From positions 608,001 through 672,000 of the forward strand of contig CBDCTZ010000014.1 of NCBI GenBank assembly GCA_965222375.1: a stretch of 64,000 bases of DNA. The letters run 5' to 3'. Positions 20,332 to 31,050 of the stretch are shown one piece after another. The notes under the pieces were generated by a model. That model was not told where the DNA came from. It worked only from the letters and a program-made list of their open reading frames with translations, and made no database searches. How positions within the stretch are numbered: position 1 is the first letter of the stretch; each line of letters opens with the position of its first letter. The position numbers were made by a program, and so were the translations under genes. This DNA is from Polyangiaceae bacterium (GTDB lineage Bacteria; Myxococcota_A; Polyangia; Polyangiales; Polyangiaceae).

Positions 20332-21186
20332 ATGGCCCTAACCCCGCTGCCCGAGCCCCCCGACTTGCGAGTGGGCGTCGCCCTTTCAGAAGAAGGGAAG
20401 TTGACCCTTCGTCCCACGGTGCGAGCGGCGGGGCCTACCCGCGGCGGGCTGACGGCGTTCTGCGAAGCCCTCGCGGTGGCCCTGGGCACGAAGGTGAGTC
20501 CCTTCCTATGTGACACCTATCGGGATCTCCTCTCGGAACTGCATTGGGGGACGTTGGGCTTGGCCTGGCTACCTCCGATGATTGCCCTCAAGGCGGTCAG
20601 CCGGGGTGGCGCGGTGCCCTTGGTCGCGCCGGTGCGGGGGGGCAGTGCTTGGTACTGGACCAGCCTGTATGTTCGCGAGGATAGTAAGCTGCAGTCCTTG
20701 GAGGATCTCGACCACGCCCGGGTTGCCTGGGTCGACCCCATGAGCAGTGCCGGCTATCTGGTGATCCGCGCTTCGCTTCGCGCCGAGGGCGTAGACTTGG
20801 CAAAAGCGTTCGGCGAGGAGCGCTTCTTGGGTGCTCATGACGCGGTTGCTCGAGCCGTCGAGCAGGGCGAAGTAGACGCGGGCGCAACCTACACCCACTT
20901 CGACGATTCAGGACGAGTGCGCACAGCGGGGTGGGGTCGCGCCGCGGTCCGATCCCTGAAGTTCGCCGGACCCATTCCCGGCGACGTACTCGCCGCTAGC
21001 TCGCAGCTCGCAGAGGATCTGAGAGCACAAATCGTAGAAACGTTGGCTGGGCCGGGACACACCGAAGTGAAGCGGGCGGCGACGTCCCTCTTCGACGCCA
21101 CGGGCTTCGAAGCCGTAACCCGCGATCACCTGTCGCACTTGGAGAGCTTGCTCGCCTACGTCGAACCCGAAGAAACGAAGAAGTGA
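20332..21186 (+). CDS. PhnD/SsuA-like phosphonate-binding domain protein (stand-alone, no signal peptide)
   Basis: Motifs AWVDPMSSAGYL, FLGAHDAVARAV..GEVDAGAT and GPIPGD. Confidence 0.85.
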   Translation: MALTPLPEPPDLRVGVALSEEGKLTLRPTVRAAGPTRGGLTAFCEALAVALGTKVSPFLCDTYRDLLSELHWGTLGLAWLPPMIALKAVSRGGAVPLVAPVRGGSAWYWTSLYVREDSKLQSLEDLDHARVAWVDPMSSAGYLVIRASLRAEGVDLAKAFGEERFLGAHDAVARAVEQGEVDAGATYTHFDDSGRVRTAGWGRAAVRSLKFAGPIPGDVLAASSQLAEDLRAQIVETLAGPGHTEVKRAATSLFDATGFEAVTRDHLSHLESLLAYVEPEETKK

Positions 21187-21240
21187 TCCTCAGCCGCCCG
21201 GGCGCTCTCGCTGCCAGGTGAATCTAAACCTGTCTCCAGT

Positions 21241-21289
21241 CTGAGGGGGTGGTTTTGGGGAGGCAACAGAGCTGCATTGCCCCTCTCAG
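21241..21289. repeat. REP-like hairpin repeat, family B, copy 1
   Basis: GGTTTTGGGGAGGCAACAGAGCTGCATTGCC, matching 34480-34524, with flanking inverted arms CTGAGGGGG/CCCCTCTCAG. Confidence 0.65.
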
Positions 21290-21632
21290 GTATGCTGGCG
21301 CCTCCCTGGGCCACTCGCCCGCGGAGCGCGCAGCTCGGCCCCCGCGCCCAATCGAGCACGCAGTTCCGGTCGTCTGCTCGAGTTGCCTCTCCGAACCTTG
21401 GCACCGCTTCAAACATGACCGTACCGGACTCACGAATGCCTGCGTCGTCCCGGGTGTGCTGCGCGCGCGACTTTCACGCACGCCTACATGCTGGCCTGAG
21501 CGGCGCCCGTAGCAAGCTTGCGCTGCTCCGTGTCGCCGCTGCCCACCTCCGCCCACATTGGAGCCGTCGTGGGTTCGTGTTGACCGTTGCGCAGGCGAGG
21601 CTCAAGATGCAGGTAGCATCAGGGAGGCGGAC

Positions 21633-24009
21633 ATGAAGATCGGGTGGCGGTGGATGATGCCTTTGGCAGCAATGAGCACCCACTGCTCGCACTGCTGCGC
21701 CGTGCGGAGATCGCCCCGCTGATTGGGCTGGCCCGGGCGACGAGCTGCGCTTTGCCGATGTGGTCAGCCTCGAAGATCGCTACGTGGTCACGTACCGACA
21801 CGTACTTCGTTTGGCCGACGGCCAACTCGTTCCCGTCGACAATAGCAAAGTGGTCGTCGAGATCACGCGCCAGGGTGGCAAGCTGCGCGGCATCACCTCG
21901 CACCTCAGCGTCTCCACGGCACCTGGTCCGGAGCCGACCCTGGATGCGACGGAAGCCATCATCTTCGCTGCCGAGCACTTCGAAGAGATGGAGGTGCCCA
22001 TCGACCTCAGTCTGGTGAGTGAACAGCACGCCCGGCTGACGTCCGTGCGGGTGCCTGTCAGCAACGACCTGGGTTACGCGGATCGGTTCGCCTGGGCCAT
22101 CTCCTTTCCTGCGGCACCTGGTTTTGCAGGGCACGAAGCGGTCGTGGACGGCGAAAACGGCAACATCCTGTACTTCAGCACCGAGGACCCTCTCGGGGTC
22201 ATTCCCATCGGGCTGGTGCAGCCGGCATTCCCGGTAGACCCGTTTGCGGACTTTGTCCTGTGCGGTCTGACCGAAGGGCGTGGGCTGGATCGCTTCGGCA
22301 AGCTTCGGCTGTTCTCCACGACAGCCATGCCGATCAAGGACTTCCCGGGCACGCGCACGTTCGGAACCACCTCTTGCACAGAGCTGGGTCGAGGCATTGG
22401 CCAGGACGACATCGTGACGTTTCTGCTTTCGCCGCCAGATGCTCAGGGCAACCAGACCATCCCGCTCACCAACAGAATCTGGAGCGAAGACGTTTTCACC
22501 AACGACTTCAACATCTTCGCCGACCCCTCCGCGGTCGAGACTCAGCACTGGGGCGAGAAGGTGGTGGCCTACGCCAAGAAGCTCGGTTTGGGCGAACGAA
22601 GAGCGCGCGCCCAGCGCGATGATTCCCCCATCCCGATGCGCGCGCTGATGGGGCCAAACGCGGTGTGCGTACCGACGGCTGAGTGGGCTGCCTACGTGCC
22701 GGATCCGATCGTTGCATCAATCCAGACCTCGCTTCAGGAAGCCAACGGCACCATGCTGTTCGGCGTTGGCGAGCCTGGCAAGACGGCTTCCTGGACTGGT
22801 CCCTCGGTCATCGCTCACGAGTTCTTTCACTCCGTGGTCTACGACCAGTGGCAGGTCGAGAGCACCGCGGTCAAGTCCGGAGACTGGAAGACGATTTGGG
22901 AGGGGCTCAGCGAATGCTTCGAGATGGTCTTCATCAATGCGCACAAAGACCAAATGAGCTTTGATCAGGTAGAGCCGGATCCTTTTCATCTCGCGACGGG
23001 CGTGTTCGTTTCGACCGAGGATCAGGCAGTAGGTGAACCGAATCTGGTGATACCGCGGGACAGTGCGCTCCTCGAGCGTGGAGGGTGGCGCGGTGATGTC
23101 GAAAGCAGTCGACCCAAGCACGTACGAGCGACCCTCATCAGCGGTGCCTGCCGGCTGCTCGTGAGCGGCGGCCACAATGCAGATCCCATCTACAAGAACT
23201 GGGCGGTGACGCCTGGCAAGGACATCGTTCACTCCTTGGGCTGGCCCGCTGGGGGCGGTCCCATCAATCAACAGGTTGCCTTCCAGCGCATGGAGCAGCT
23301 GTTGATTGCGACCGTGACGCGGGGCAAGGTGACGGCGGCGAGCAGCATTCACGAGCTGATCGAGGCCATGGCGCAACACGCGTCGGAGCTGGCCCTCGAG
23401 AACAAGTGGAACATCACTACGCCTGGTGCCGCCGAGCGCGTCAGGCGCGCCTTTGCGGTGATGGGCTGGGGCCGCGGCAAGGAGGACGAGCCCAATCAGC
23501 CCAACGACTTCTCCTTCGTGCTCGACAGCTCAGACGCCGCGAAAAACCTGATTGGAACCGGTCTACACTACAGCCGACCGATCACTGGGAGCGTATGCTG
23601 CACCAGCGACCCCTCGAAAGAAAAGTCGCAAGACTTTTTCGTCTTGAACGAGCGGGTCCACGGCGGCAGCACCATCCGCTGGAACCTCTCGCTGATGCCC
23701 TTCAAAGGGTCAAACACGGATCCAGGACCGGTACGGCTGCGCATCTACGTGGACAAGCCCTGCGCTTTTCCAGAGGCCACCGCGACCTCCGATAGCTGCT
23801 CCCTCAAGCAGCAGATCTACCCACAGGTCAATGGCCAGGGCCTGGTCAAACCCGACCTCGGTTCGCTGGGCAGCCAGGGCCAGGTCGTCGTGCCTGGGAA
23901 CAAGCGACACATCGTCTACGTCGGCCTTTCGCCTGCGAACGAGCCCACGCTGAGTCCCGGTGGCGGGTACACGCTCTCGGTTAGCCTGCCGGACAAGGTC
24001 TACGATTGA
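21633..24009 (+). CDS. Thermolysin-like (M4/M36) zinc metallopeptidase with FTP/PepSY propeptide; 5' end frameshifted
   Basis: GGAGG plus ATG at 21633; main ORF 21760..24009. PepSY-like VVDGENGNIL, HExxH (AHEFFH), third ligand in IWEGLSE, and RAFAVMG near the end of the catalytic domain. Confidence 0.8.
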
Positions 24010-24605
24010 CACGTTTGCTACTCGCATCTGTGGTCGTGCTGACCTCGGTGACGAGCTGTGAGGAACGCCCTCGCCAGCCGCCTCCGCCCGTTTCGTTGCC
24101 TCCGGATGCGGAGAGCCCACCGAAGTGGGGGAACTGCTTCGCTCAGAGCGCGGCACATGGTGATCCTACCACTAGCGGTAAAACGACCAGCTACCTCATC
24201 AAATCGGGTGATGGGGCGGGGACTTTCTGTTTGGGTGAGACCAGGAAAGAACACTCTGGCTGTGAAGCGTACGAGAAACTCTGCAAGACGCGCGCCGGAC
24301 CCGTGCGAGTCGACTTGACTTTCAGCGGACCAGGTCGGATTGAAAGAATACGCGTGCACCGTCGTGGCCGATCGAGGCGCGCGAGGGGTCGAGGCATCTT
24401 GTGGATCACCGATACACACATCGCGCTCGGCAAGCCAACCACCTGGCTGCCCCGCGACTAGCCGAAACCCATTCGCAAAGAGCAAAAGAACGACGAGGAG
24501 TTTGGTCCAATCGAGATCTGGTACTTTCCGGGGCTGGAGGTGGAAATCGAATTCGACGAGAAGGGCGTGCAGGTGGTTGGCGCGCTGACGGTGGTGAAGA
24601 AATGA
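24006..24605 (+). pseudogene. Lipoprotein paralog 1 (in-frame TAG at 24459)
   Basis: TTG start overlaps the peptidase stop; lipobox VTSC. The frame continues past TAG to TGA 24605, and the paralog has TTG at the same codon. Confidence 0.75.
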
Positions 24606-24774
24606 CGCGCGGAGCGCCACCGAAAGCAACCGTGCTCTGTCGGAGTTGCGGAAAAGCCGAGAATTCGGTTCGATACTCGCTAGTGCGTACCGACACTGGA
24701 GAGCTCATGGCGGCCAACACCAAGCCCGCCACCCAGCACGAGCTTTCCGTCAGCTTCTCGGACGAGGTTTTCGA

Positions 24775-25365
24775 TTGACGCACCTAGTGCTCGTCTTGCT
24801 GGCCGTGGTTGCCGGCTGTGAGGAGCGCCCTCGCGAGCGCACACCGCCCGTTTCTCTGCTTCCGGACGCGAGGACCCTACCGAAGTGGGGGAACTGCTTT
24901 GCTCAGAGCGAGTTCCTGGGGGACCCAAACACCAGCTCGCGTCAGCCGCGCAGCTACCTGGTGAAAGGGGGAGACGGCGCGGGAGCCTACTGTCTGGGTG
25001 AACCGCGAACGAAGTTCTCCGGTTGCGCGGACAGCAATCCCTGCAAGAGCCGCTCCTTCTGGGAACGCGTGGACCTGCACTTCGACTCCCAAGACACTGT
25101 TCGCGCCATCCGAGTCAACCGTCGAGGACGCACGGGCAATCGCGAAAAACGTGACCCTCTCTGGATTACGGATACGTTCATCAGTCTGGGTAAGCCGACC
25201 ACCTGGCTGCCCCGCGACTTGCCGAAACCCATTCGCAAAGAGCAAAAGAACGACGAGGAGTTTGGTCCAATCGAGATCTGGTACTTCCCGGGGCTGGAGG
25301 TGGAAATCGAATACGACAAAAAGGGCGTGCAGGTCGTCGGCGCGCTGACGGTGGTGAAGAAATGA
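24775..25365 (+). CDS. Lipoprotein paralog 2
   Basis: TTG start, lipobox VAGC-EERPR, collinear with paralog 1. Confidence 0.8.
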   Translation: MTHLVLVLLAVVAGCEERPRERTPPVSLLPDARTLPKWGNCFAQSEFLGDPNTSSRQPRSYLVKGGDGAGAYCLGEPRTKFSGCADSNPCKSRSFWERVDLHFDSQDTVRAIRVNRRGRTGNREKRDPLWITDTFISLGKPTTWLPRDLPKPIRKEQKNDEEFGPIEIWYFPGLEVEIEYDKKGVQVVGALTVVKK

Positions 25366-26657
25366 CGCGCGGAGCGGCACTGCTCGCGCTGGTGCTGTGT
25401 GCGAGCTGCGGAATGACCGACGCGACGTCTCAGCGGCCGCCAGCCGGAATTGACGCGGGACGCGACGGTGCCAGCGACGGAACGCAGCCCGCGCCGCCCA
25501 CGGTGTGGCTCAAGCGTGTTGGCGGAGCGGGCGATGATCGGATCTTGTTCATGGACACAGAACCGCAGACCGGAGACATCTTCCTGGGGCTCAGTCTCGA
25601 AGCTCCAGCGGTTTTCGAGGGCAACGCTCTGGCTGCGGGAGACGGTGTGCTGCGGCTGGACCGCTACGGTCGATTCCTCAGCTTCTGGACGTCCGAAGAA
25701 CTCATTGGCCCTGCGCAGCAGATGTGGGCAGTTCCAAGCGGCGTCGTGCTCAATTACTGGGAGTTTCGTCTGATGTCTCCTGATGGTGATCTGCTCTGGG
25801 CTCCTCAGGGCGGCCTTGGTTGGATCGATGGCCTGTACGCGGGACCGAAGGGAACGCTCTTCGGGGGAGGCAATCACGCCAAGACCTCGACCTTCGCAGG
25901 CACGACCATTGTCGGCGCCGACGATGCCAGCAGCACGCTCTTGTTCGAGCTCGCTCCGGCGACGGGTGAACTGCTTTGGCACCAGACCTTTCCCGGTGAA
26001 CACTCCGCGAGCTTCCTGCGAACCTCCGAGGGCAAGCTCTGGATGTTCTACACGAGCGACGACTGTGCCTACGACTATTGCGATCGTACCCTCAAGCTCG
26101 CTGGCCACGACGGGAAGGGAAAGCGACTCTGGAGCAGACGCGTCAACGAGTTCATCTCCCACGGCATGGTGTCCTCGGAGCCGACCCCCGACGGCGGCGG
26201 CATCATGTCCACCTACGTCGACCTTGGGCGAGAATTGATCGTCGAACGATTCGACGCGGCGGGCAAGACCGTGTACGCGAAGTTACTCGAGTCGAAGGGC
26301 CTGCGTGACGGAGATCTTGCCGTGGACGGACGTGGCACCACCTACTTCGGGCTCTGTGTGTGGTCCTTTGTTGAAAGTGAGCCGTTCGAAGTCGTGCCGG
26401 GAACCGTCATCGGCGAGGGGCCGCTGCGCTGTGCGGCTGTCGTTCTAGATGAAACGGGCGAGATCCGAAGCGCGATCGTCCCCCGGAGCACGCGGCCTAC
26501 CTGGGGCCCTGGACTATCGATCGGAGCTGACGACCATCTCGTGTGGGTGAGCGTGTTCGACGGTGACATCGAGCTGCCCGGGTTTCCCAAACTCGAGTCC
26601 AACGGCGGCAAGGATATCTACATCGCTAGCATGAATGGCTTCGGCGACGCGCAGTGA
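25362..26657 (+). CDS. Beta-propeller (SBBP/PQQ-like) lipoprotein
   Basis: Lipobox CASC, WLKRVGGAGDD, repeated 'D..G..LW' blades, and SNGGKDIYIA. Confidence 0.75.
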   Translation: MTRGAALLALVLCASCGMTDATSQRPPAGIDAGRDGASDGTQPAPPTVWLKRVGGAGDDRILFMDTEPQTGDIFLGLSLEAPAVFEGNALAAGDGVLRLDRYGRFLSFWTSEELIGPAQQMWAVPSGVVLNYWEFRLMSPDGDLLWAPQGGLGWIDGLYAGPKGTLFGGGNHAKTSTFAGTTIVGADDASSTLLFELAPATGELLWHQTFPGEHSASFLRTSEGKLWMFYTSDDCAYDYCDRTLKLAGHDGKGKRLWSRRVNEFISHGMVSSEPTPDGGGIMSTYVDLGRELIVERFDAAGKTVYAKLLESKGLRDGDLAVDGRGTTYFGLCVWSFVESEPFEVVPGTVIGEGPLRCAAVVLDETGEIRSAIVPRSTRPTWGPGLSIGADDHLVWVSVFDGDIELPGFPKLESNGGKDIYIASMNGFGDAQ

Positions 26658-26677
26658 CGGCGTAGCCAGGGCGCTTC

Positions 26678-26740
26678 GCCCCCTGTCGGGCCTCGCAGAA
26701 CTCTCGATGACGGGCTGATGGGCACATCCCCCAAACCAAG
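26678..26740 (+). repeat. Dispersed repeat family A, copy 1 (GCAGAACT subtype)
   Basis: GGGCCTCGCAGAACTCTCGATGACGGGCTGATGGGCACATCCCCCAAACCAAG. Confidence 0.75.
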
Positions 26741-26914
26741 AATCCTAGCCACCCGCTGCAATCCTTGGACGATCTGCCACCATCCGTGGGTCGGGCGGGC
26801 TCGCTTCAGGCCGATTCCCAGAGCGGCGCGTGCGATGGTCATTCGGGCCTCCCTGCGGCCTCAGGCACTCGATCGAAAGCACTCGGCGAAGAGCGTTTCT
26901 TTCGCGCGAAAAAA

Positions 26915-29005
26915 TCAGCCGCCCGGGTCCGCGCCCTCGCGACTAGGCCCAGGCGCGTCCTCTTGGCTCTGCGCCACGCCTTGCGCGGGGCGGCCCTGGG
27001 CGCGACTGACTTCCGGTGGGCAGCTGAGCAGCCGTGGCGCAAAACGGACTTTGCGCATGCTGCTGTCCTCACGGTGATAGGCGCGTTGTGCCCGCACTTG
27101 GGCGTGCAAGGTGCCTCGCATGGCCTCGGCAACCTTGATCTCGGTGGTTGCCAGATCTCTCTTCTCGCCCGGATCCGCCTCCAGGTTGAACAACCGCACG
27201 CGCTGCGCCGATCGATCCACGATGACCTTCCAGGGGTAGCAAACTAGGCCCTCCACGGTGCGAAGCCCTTGGATGTTCATGTACACGGGGCGCGGCGCTC
27301 GCTCGTTCTTCGCGAACACACTCTTGCCCTGATGGGCGGGGTGGGGCGGCGCGTCCAACAAGTCCAGAATCGTTGGCACGATATCCAGATGCGACACGGG
27401 GTCGAGGATCTCTCGAGCTTCCAGTCCTTTCGGCCAGTGCACGATCAAGGGTACGCGCGCTTCCGCATCGTACAGAGTCTTGCCGTGGGTCACGTTGCCA
27501 TGCTCGTGGAACAGTTCGCCGTGGTCTGACGTGATGATCCAGAGCGTGTCCTCGAGTTGCCGTGTAGCGTCCAGATACGCGTAGAGCCGGCCGATCTGTC
27601 GATCCACGTAGGCGAGGGCATTGTCGAAGCGGTTTTCAGCGACGTCCCGTTGGCCCTCCGGGTAGCGAAGGTAGTTGAACGTCCCGGGCTCTGGAACGTT
27701 TGGCGCATAGGGTTTCGCTTCGCCGGCAGGAATACGATACGGAAAGTGGGTCGCCTGGAAGGTCAACGACAGGGCCCAGGGCTTGGCGGTGTTGCGCCCC
27801 AGCCAACTGAGCGCACGATCCGTCGTCAGATGATCCGGAACTGCCAGCTCGCTGCCAATGTCGACGTGAGGGCCGGGATGGTCTGCCGCGTGCCAGCGGA
27901 AGATCGGCGTGCCGGTATTCTGAAAACGCAGCATGCCCTGCCAGCGCTCGTCCTGGCTGGAGATCGCTGCCGTCTCGTAGCCCAGCACGTGGGTCAAGTC
28001 GTGAAGCAGGACGCGCGGGTAGTCGAGGCGTTTGTACACATCCAGCCCCGGGCCCCGCCGTGGAAACAGGGAGGAACGCAGCGCCATTTGTGCGTAGTTG
28101 GAGTGGGTCGCAGTGGCCCAAACCCGCCGAAAGCGCAGTCCCGCCATGGCGATGCGATCCAGGTTGGGCGTCACTTTCCGGTGGCTGCCGGCGTAACCCA
28201 GGCGCCGTTCTGGGACCGACTCCAACAGCGTAAACAAGATCTTTGGCCGCGGGGACTTGCCCTTGGTGGCTCGAACCTTCCAATCCTCAGCGCTGGCGAT
28301 GGTGTCCCCCAACGCGGGCTGCCAAGCGGTGGCGTTGGAGTCGGACAGAGGCGGCATCAAGGAGGCCGCCAAGGAGAGCTCCGGACTCGCGGCTGCGATG
28401 TCTTCGACGAAAACCCCTGGGAGCAGCCCCACCCCCAAGGCAATCGCGGGTTTCCGAAGTCGCCGCGGCTCGCTGAGCTGCATCAAGCTCAGGTGCGCAC
28501 CCCAAGCGGCCCAGAGCCCCAGACCCAGGCAGACACTGATCACGACCGCCAAGGGTACCTTGAAGGTCTGAATGGCCGCTTCGAATAGATGCGCGTTACC
28601 GTTGAGACCAAACTCGATCGCAGCAAAGGATAGATAAGTGCCCGAGAGCGCGCGAAGCACCACCGAAGTCAGGTACACACCGACCCAGACGAACGAGAGC
28701 ACACCGAAGAAGACCGGGACCAAGTAGCGCAGGCGCCGATGCGAAATCAGTGGCGCGCACAGCAATGCGCCGACGGCGCCCAGTGCGGCACCCACTCCTG
28801 CACTCACGGCTACTGCGGCCAGGGCGCGTAGGACGGCCCCACAGGAATGGAGTGCGGGCCCCGGTTCCGGTCCGACCTGCAGCGCCAACTGATTGAGGGC
28901 GCCGAGCATGGCGCCGCCCACGCCTCCCGCGCGCGCGGAAAAGCTCATAAACTCAGGGATCCTGCTCCGAGAATCGTCGACGGGAGTTGAAGCTGGCGAT
29001 GGCAT
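26915..29005 (-). CDS. Membrane-anchored sulfatase/LTA-synthase-family protein
   Basis: N-terminal TM helices, TPNLDR, HFPY, ITSDHGE...HG, RVPLIV, SHLDIVPTILDL, and LFNLEADPGEK. Confidence 0.88.
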   Translation of the reverse strand: MPSPASTPVDDSRSRIPEFMSFSARAGGVGGAMLGALNQLALQVGPEPGPALHSCGAVLRALAAVAVSAGVGAALGAVGALLCAPLISHRRLRYLVPVFFGVLSFVWVGVYLTSVVLRALSGTYLSFAAIEFGLNGNAHLFEAAIQTFKVPLAVVISVCLGLGLWAAWGAHLSLMQLSEPRRLRKPAIALGVGLLPGVFVEDIAAASPELSLAASLMPPLSDSNATAWQPALGDTIASAEDWKVRATKGKSPRPKILFTLLESVPERRLGYAGSHRKVTPNLDRIAMAGLRFRRVWATATHSNYAQMALRSSLFPRRGPGLDVYKRLDYPRVLLHDLTHVLGYETAAISSQDERWQGMLRFQNTGTPIFRWHAADHPGPHVDIGSELAVPDHLTTDRALSWLGRNTAKPWALSLTFQATHFPYRIPAGEAKPYAPNVPEPGTFNYLRYPEGQRDVAENRFDNALAYVDRQIGRLYAYLDATRQLEDTLWIITSDHGELFHEHGNVTHGKTLYDAEARVPLIVHWPKGLEAREILDPVSHLDIVPTILDLLDAPPHPAHQGKSVFAKNERAPRPVYMNIQGLRTVEGLVCYPWKVIVDRSAQRVRLFNLEADPGEKRDLATTEIKVAEAMRGTLHAQVRAQRAYHREDSSMRKVRFAPRLLSCPPEVSRAQGRPAQGVAQSQEDAPGPSREGADPGG

Positions 29006-29085
29006 GGCGGGACGAAGGGTCGGCGCATGTATCGTATCAAGGCCCGCTCCGCCAGCCGAAAAACTGGCGGACGCCTAGCTGCGCC

Positions 29086-30243
29086 TCAGCGCCCGCCACG
29101 CTCGAGCAGGGAGCGCGCGATGACCAGGTACTGCACGTCTGTCGCGCCTTCGTAGATGCGCAAGGGGCGAACTGCACGATACAGCTGGTCCACGGTGCTT
29201 TGAGCTAGCACGCCGCGACCGCCGTGCAACTGCACGGCGCTGTCGACAATGCGCTGTGCCGCCTCGGTCGCAAAGAGCTTTGCCATGGCGCACTCCTCGC
29301 TGACCCTGGCTTTGCCCGAGTCCTTAGCATGCGCGGCCCGATACACGAGCAGGCGGGAGGCGGTCAGCTCGACCGCCATAGTGGCCAGCCGCGCCTGGAC
29401 CAGCTGCAGCTCTGACAGGGGCGCTCCGAATTGCTCGCGCGTCGAGACATGGCCCAGGGCTTCGTCCAAGGCCCGCTGCGCCATTCCGCACGCGGCAGCG
29501 CCCACGGTGGTGCGCAAGCTGTCTAGAGTTTGCATGCCCAGCTTGAAGCCGCCGCCCTCGTCACCCAGCCGTTGCTCGACCCCCACTCGGCAGCCGTCCA
29601 AAGACAGTCCCCCCAAGGGGTGCGGCGCCGACAGCACCTGGGCGCCGTCGAAGAGTAGGCCTGGAGCGTCCGCTGGCACCACGAAGCAGCTGATGCCCCG
29701 GTGGGCCGCGTCGGGGTCCGTAGACGCGAAGAGGGTGTAGAAATCCGCAATGCCCGCGTTGCTGATCAGGGTCTTTTTGCCTGTCAGTTCGTAGTGATCT
29801 CCTTTGCGGACCGCCCGGGTGGATAGCGCCGCCACGTCAGAGCCGGCTTCGGGCTCGGTCATCGCAAAGGCGGCCATCAAGCTACCCTCGGTTACTCCAG
29901 GCATGAGCCGCTGTTTGAGTTCGTCGCTGCCCGAGAGAGCAATGGGCATGGAGCCCAAAGCCTGCAGCGCAAACACTTCGTCCGCCAAGGGCGAGGCATG
30001 CGCGATGACCTCCCTGAGCAGGCAGCAGGCACGCAGATCGAGGGGGTGCACATAGGAGAGCAACTTGGCCTGGCCCATGGCGCGCAGAAAGCCGCGCGCC
30101 TGACTGCGGGCGTCCTGATCCCCCGTCGGCGCGGCAGCCGGCGCCAAGTGCTCATCCGCGAAGGCGCTGGCCCGCTCGGCCAGCTCCACGTGCGCGTCCG
30201 TCAGAAAGACACGGATGGGATCCAGCTCGACACGCAGGCTCAC
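29086..30243 (-). CDS. Acyl-CoA dehydrogenase
   Basis: AFAMTEPEAGSD, GKKTLISN, REQFG, AVQLHGG.G and RIYEGATDV. Likely GTG start overlaps the upstream stop. Confidence 0.93.
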   Translation of the reverse strand: MSLRVELDPIRVFLTDAHVELAERASAFADEHLAPAAAPTGDQDARSQARGFLRAMGQAKLLSYVHPLDLRACCLLREVIAHASPLADEVFALQALGSMPIALSGSDELKQRLMPGVTEGSLMAAFAMTEPEAGSDVAALSTRAVRKGDHYELTGKKTLISNAGIADFYTLFASTDPDAAHRGISCFVVPADAPGLLFDGAQVLSAPHPLGGLSLDGCRVGVEQRLGDEGGGFKLGMQTLDSLRTTVGAAACGMAQRALDEALGHVSTREQFGAPLSELQLVQARLATMAVELTASRLLVYRAAHAKDSGKARVSEECAMAKLFATEAAQRIVDSAVQLHGGRGVLAQSTVDQLYRAVRPLRIYEGATDVQYLVIARSLLERGGR

Positions 30244-31040
30244 TTGAACTTCGCCGGTCGCTTGGCCACGAAAGCCTCGTAGGCCTCCCGGAAGTCCGTG
30301 TGAGTCATGCACATCGCCTGCGCTTCGGCTTCGAGATCCAGCGCTGCGGGCAGGTCCATGTGCGCTTCTCGATTGAGCAACGTCTTCGTCATCTCGATGC
30401 CAAAGGCCGGACCTCGCGCGAGCTTCTCCGCAAACGCCGTGCCTTCTGCCAGGGCTTGGCCCTCGTCCACCACGCGGTTGTACAGCCCGATGCGATGCGC
30501 TTCCGCCGCGTCGATGAAGTCTCCGGTCATCAACAGCTCACTGGCGCGACCGAATCCGATCAGCTTTGGCAACAACCAAGCGATGCCCATGTCCGCGCCG
30601 GAAAGTCCGACTTTAGTGAATAAAAACGCTATTTTAGCCTTGGGGGCTGCAATCCGCACATCGGCCGCCGAGGCGATCACCGCGCCGGCTCCCGCTACGG
30701 TTCCATTCAGCGCCGCTACGATGGGACGCCGACAGCCGCGCATCGCTGAAATCAAGGAGCACGTCAGCCGCGTAAAATCCAACAATCCCACGCTGTCACG
30801 CTCGAACAGCTTGCCGATGATGTCCTCCACATCGCCGCCGGAACAGAACGCCCGCCCATTGCCGGTGATGACGATGGCGCGCACGCCGGGCTCCGTATCC
30901 AGCGCGAGGAAGGCGTCGCGAAGTTCCTGATAGACCTGAAAGGTGAGGGCGTTGAGGCGGTCTGCGCGATCCAAGGTGATGGTGAATACGCCCGTCTCGG
31001 CGTTCAACTCGTGACGAAAGCTCTCAGCGACGATTGCCAT
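30240..31040 (-). CDS. Enoyl-CoA hydratase/isomerase family protein
   Basis: AFCSGGD, PIVAALNG.VAGAG and GADMG. Confidence 0.93.
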   Translation of the reverse strand: MAIVAESFRHELNAETGVFTITLDRADRLNALTFQVYQELRDAFLALDTEPGVRAIVITGNGRAFCSGGDVEDIIGKLFERDSVGLLDFTRLTCSLISAMRGCRRPIVAALNGTVAGAGAVIASAADVRIAAPKAKIAFLFTKVGLSGADMGIAWLLPKLIGFGRASELLMTGDFIDAAEAHRIGLYNRVVDEGQALAEGTAFAEKLARGPAFGIEMTKTLLNREAHMDLPAALDLEAEAQAMCMTHTDFREAYEAFVAKRPAKFK

Positions 31041-31050
31041 CTTGGTCTCC

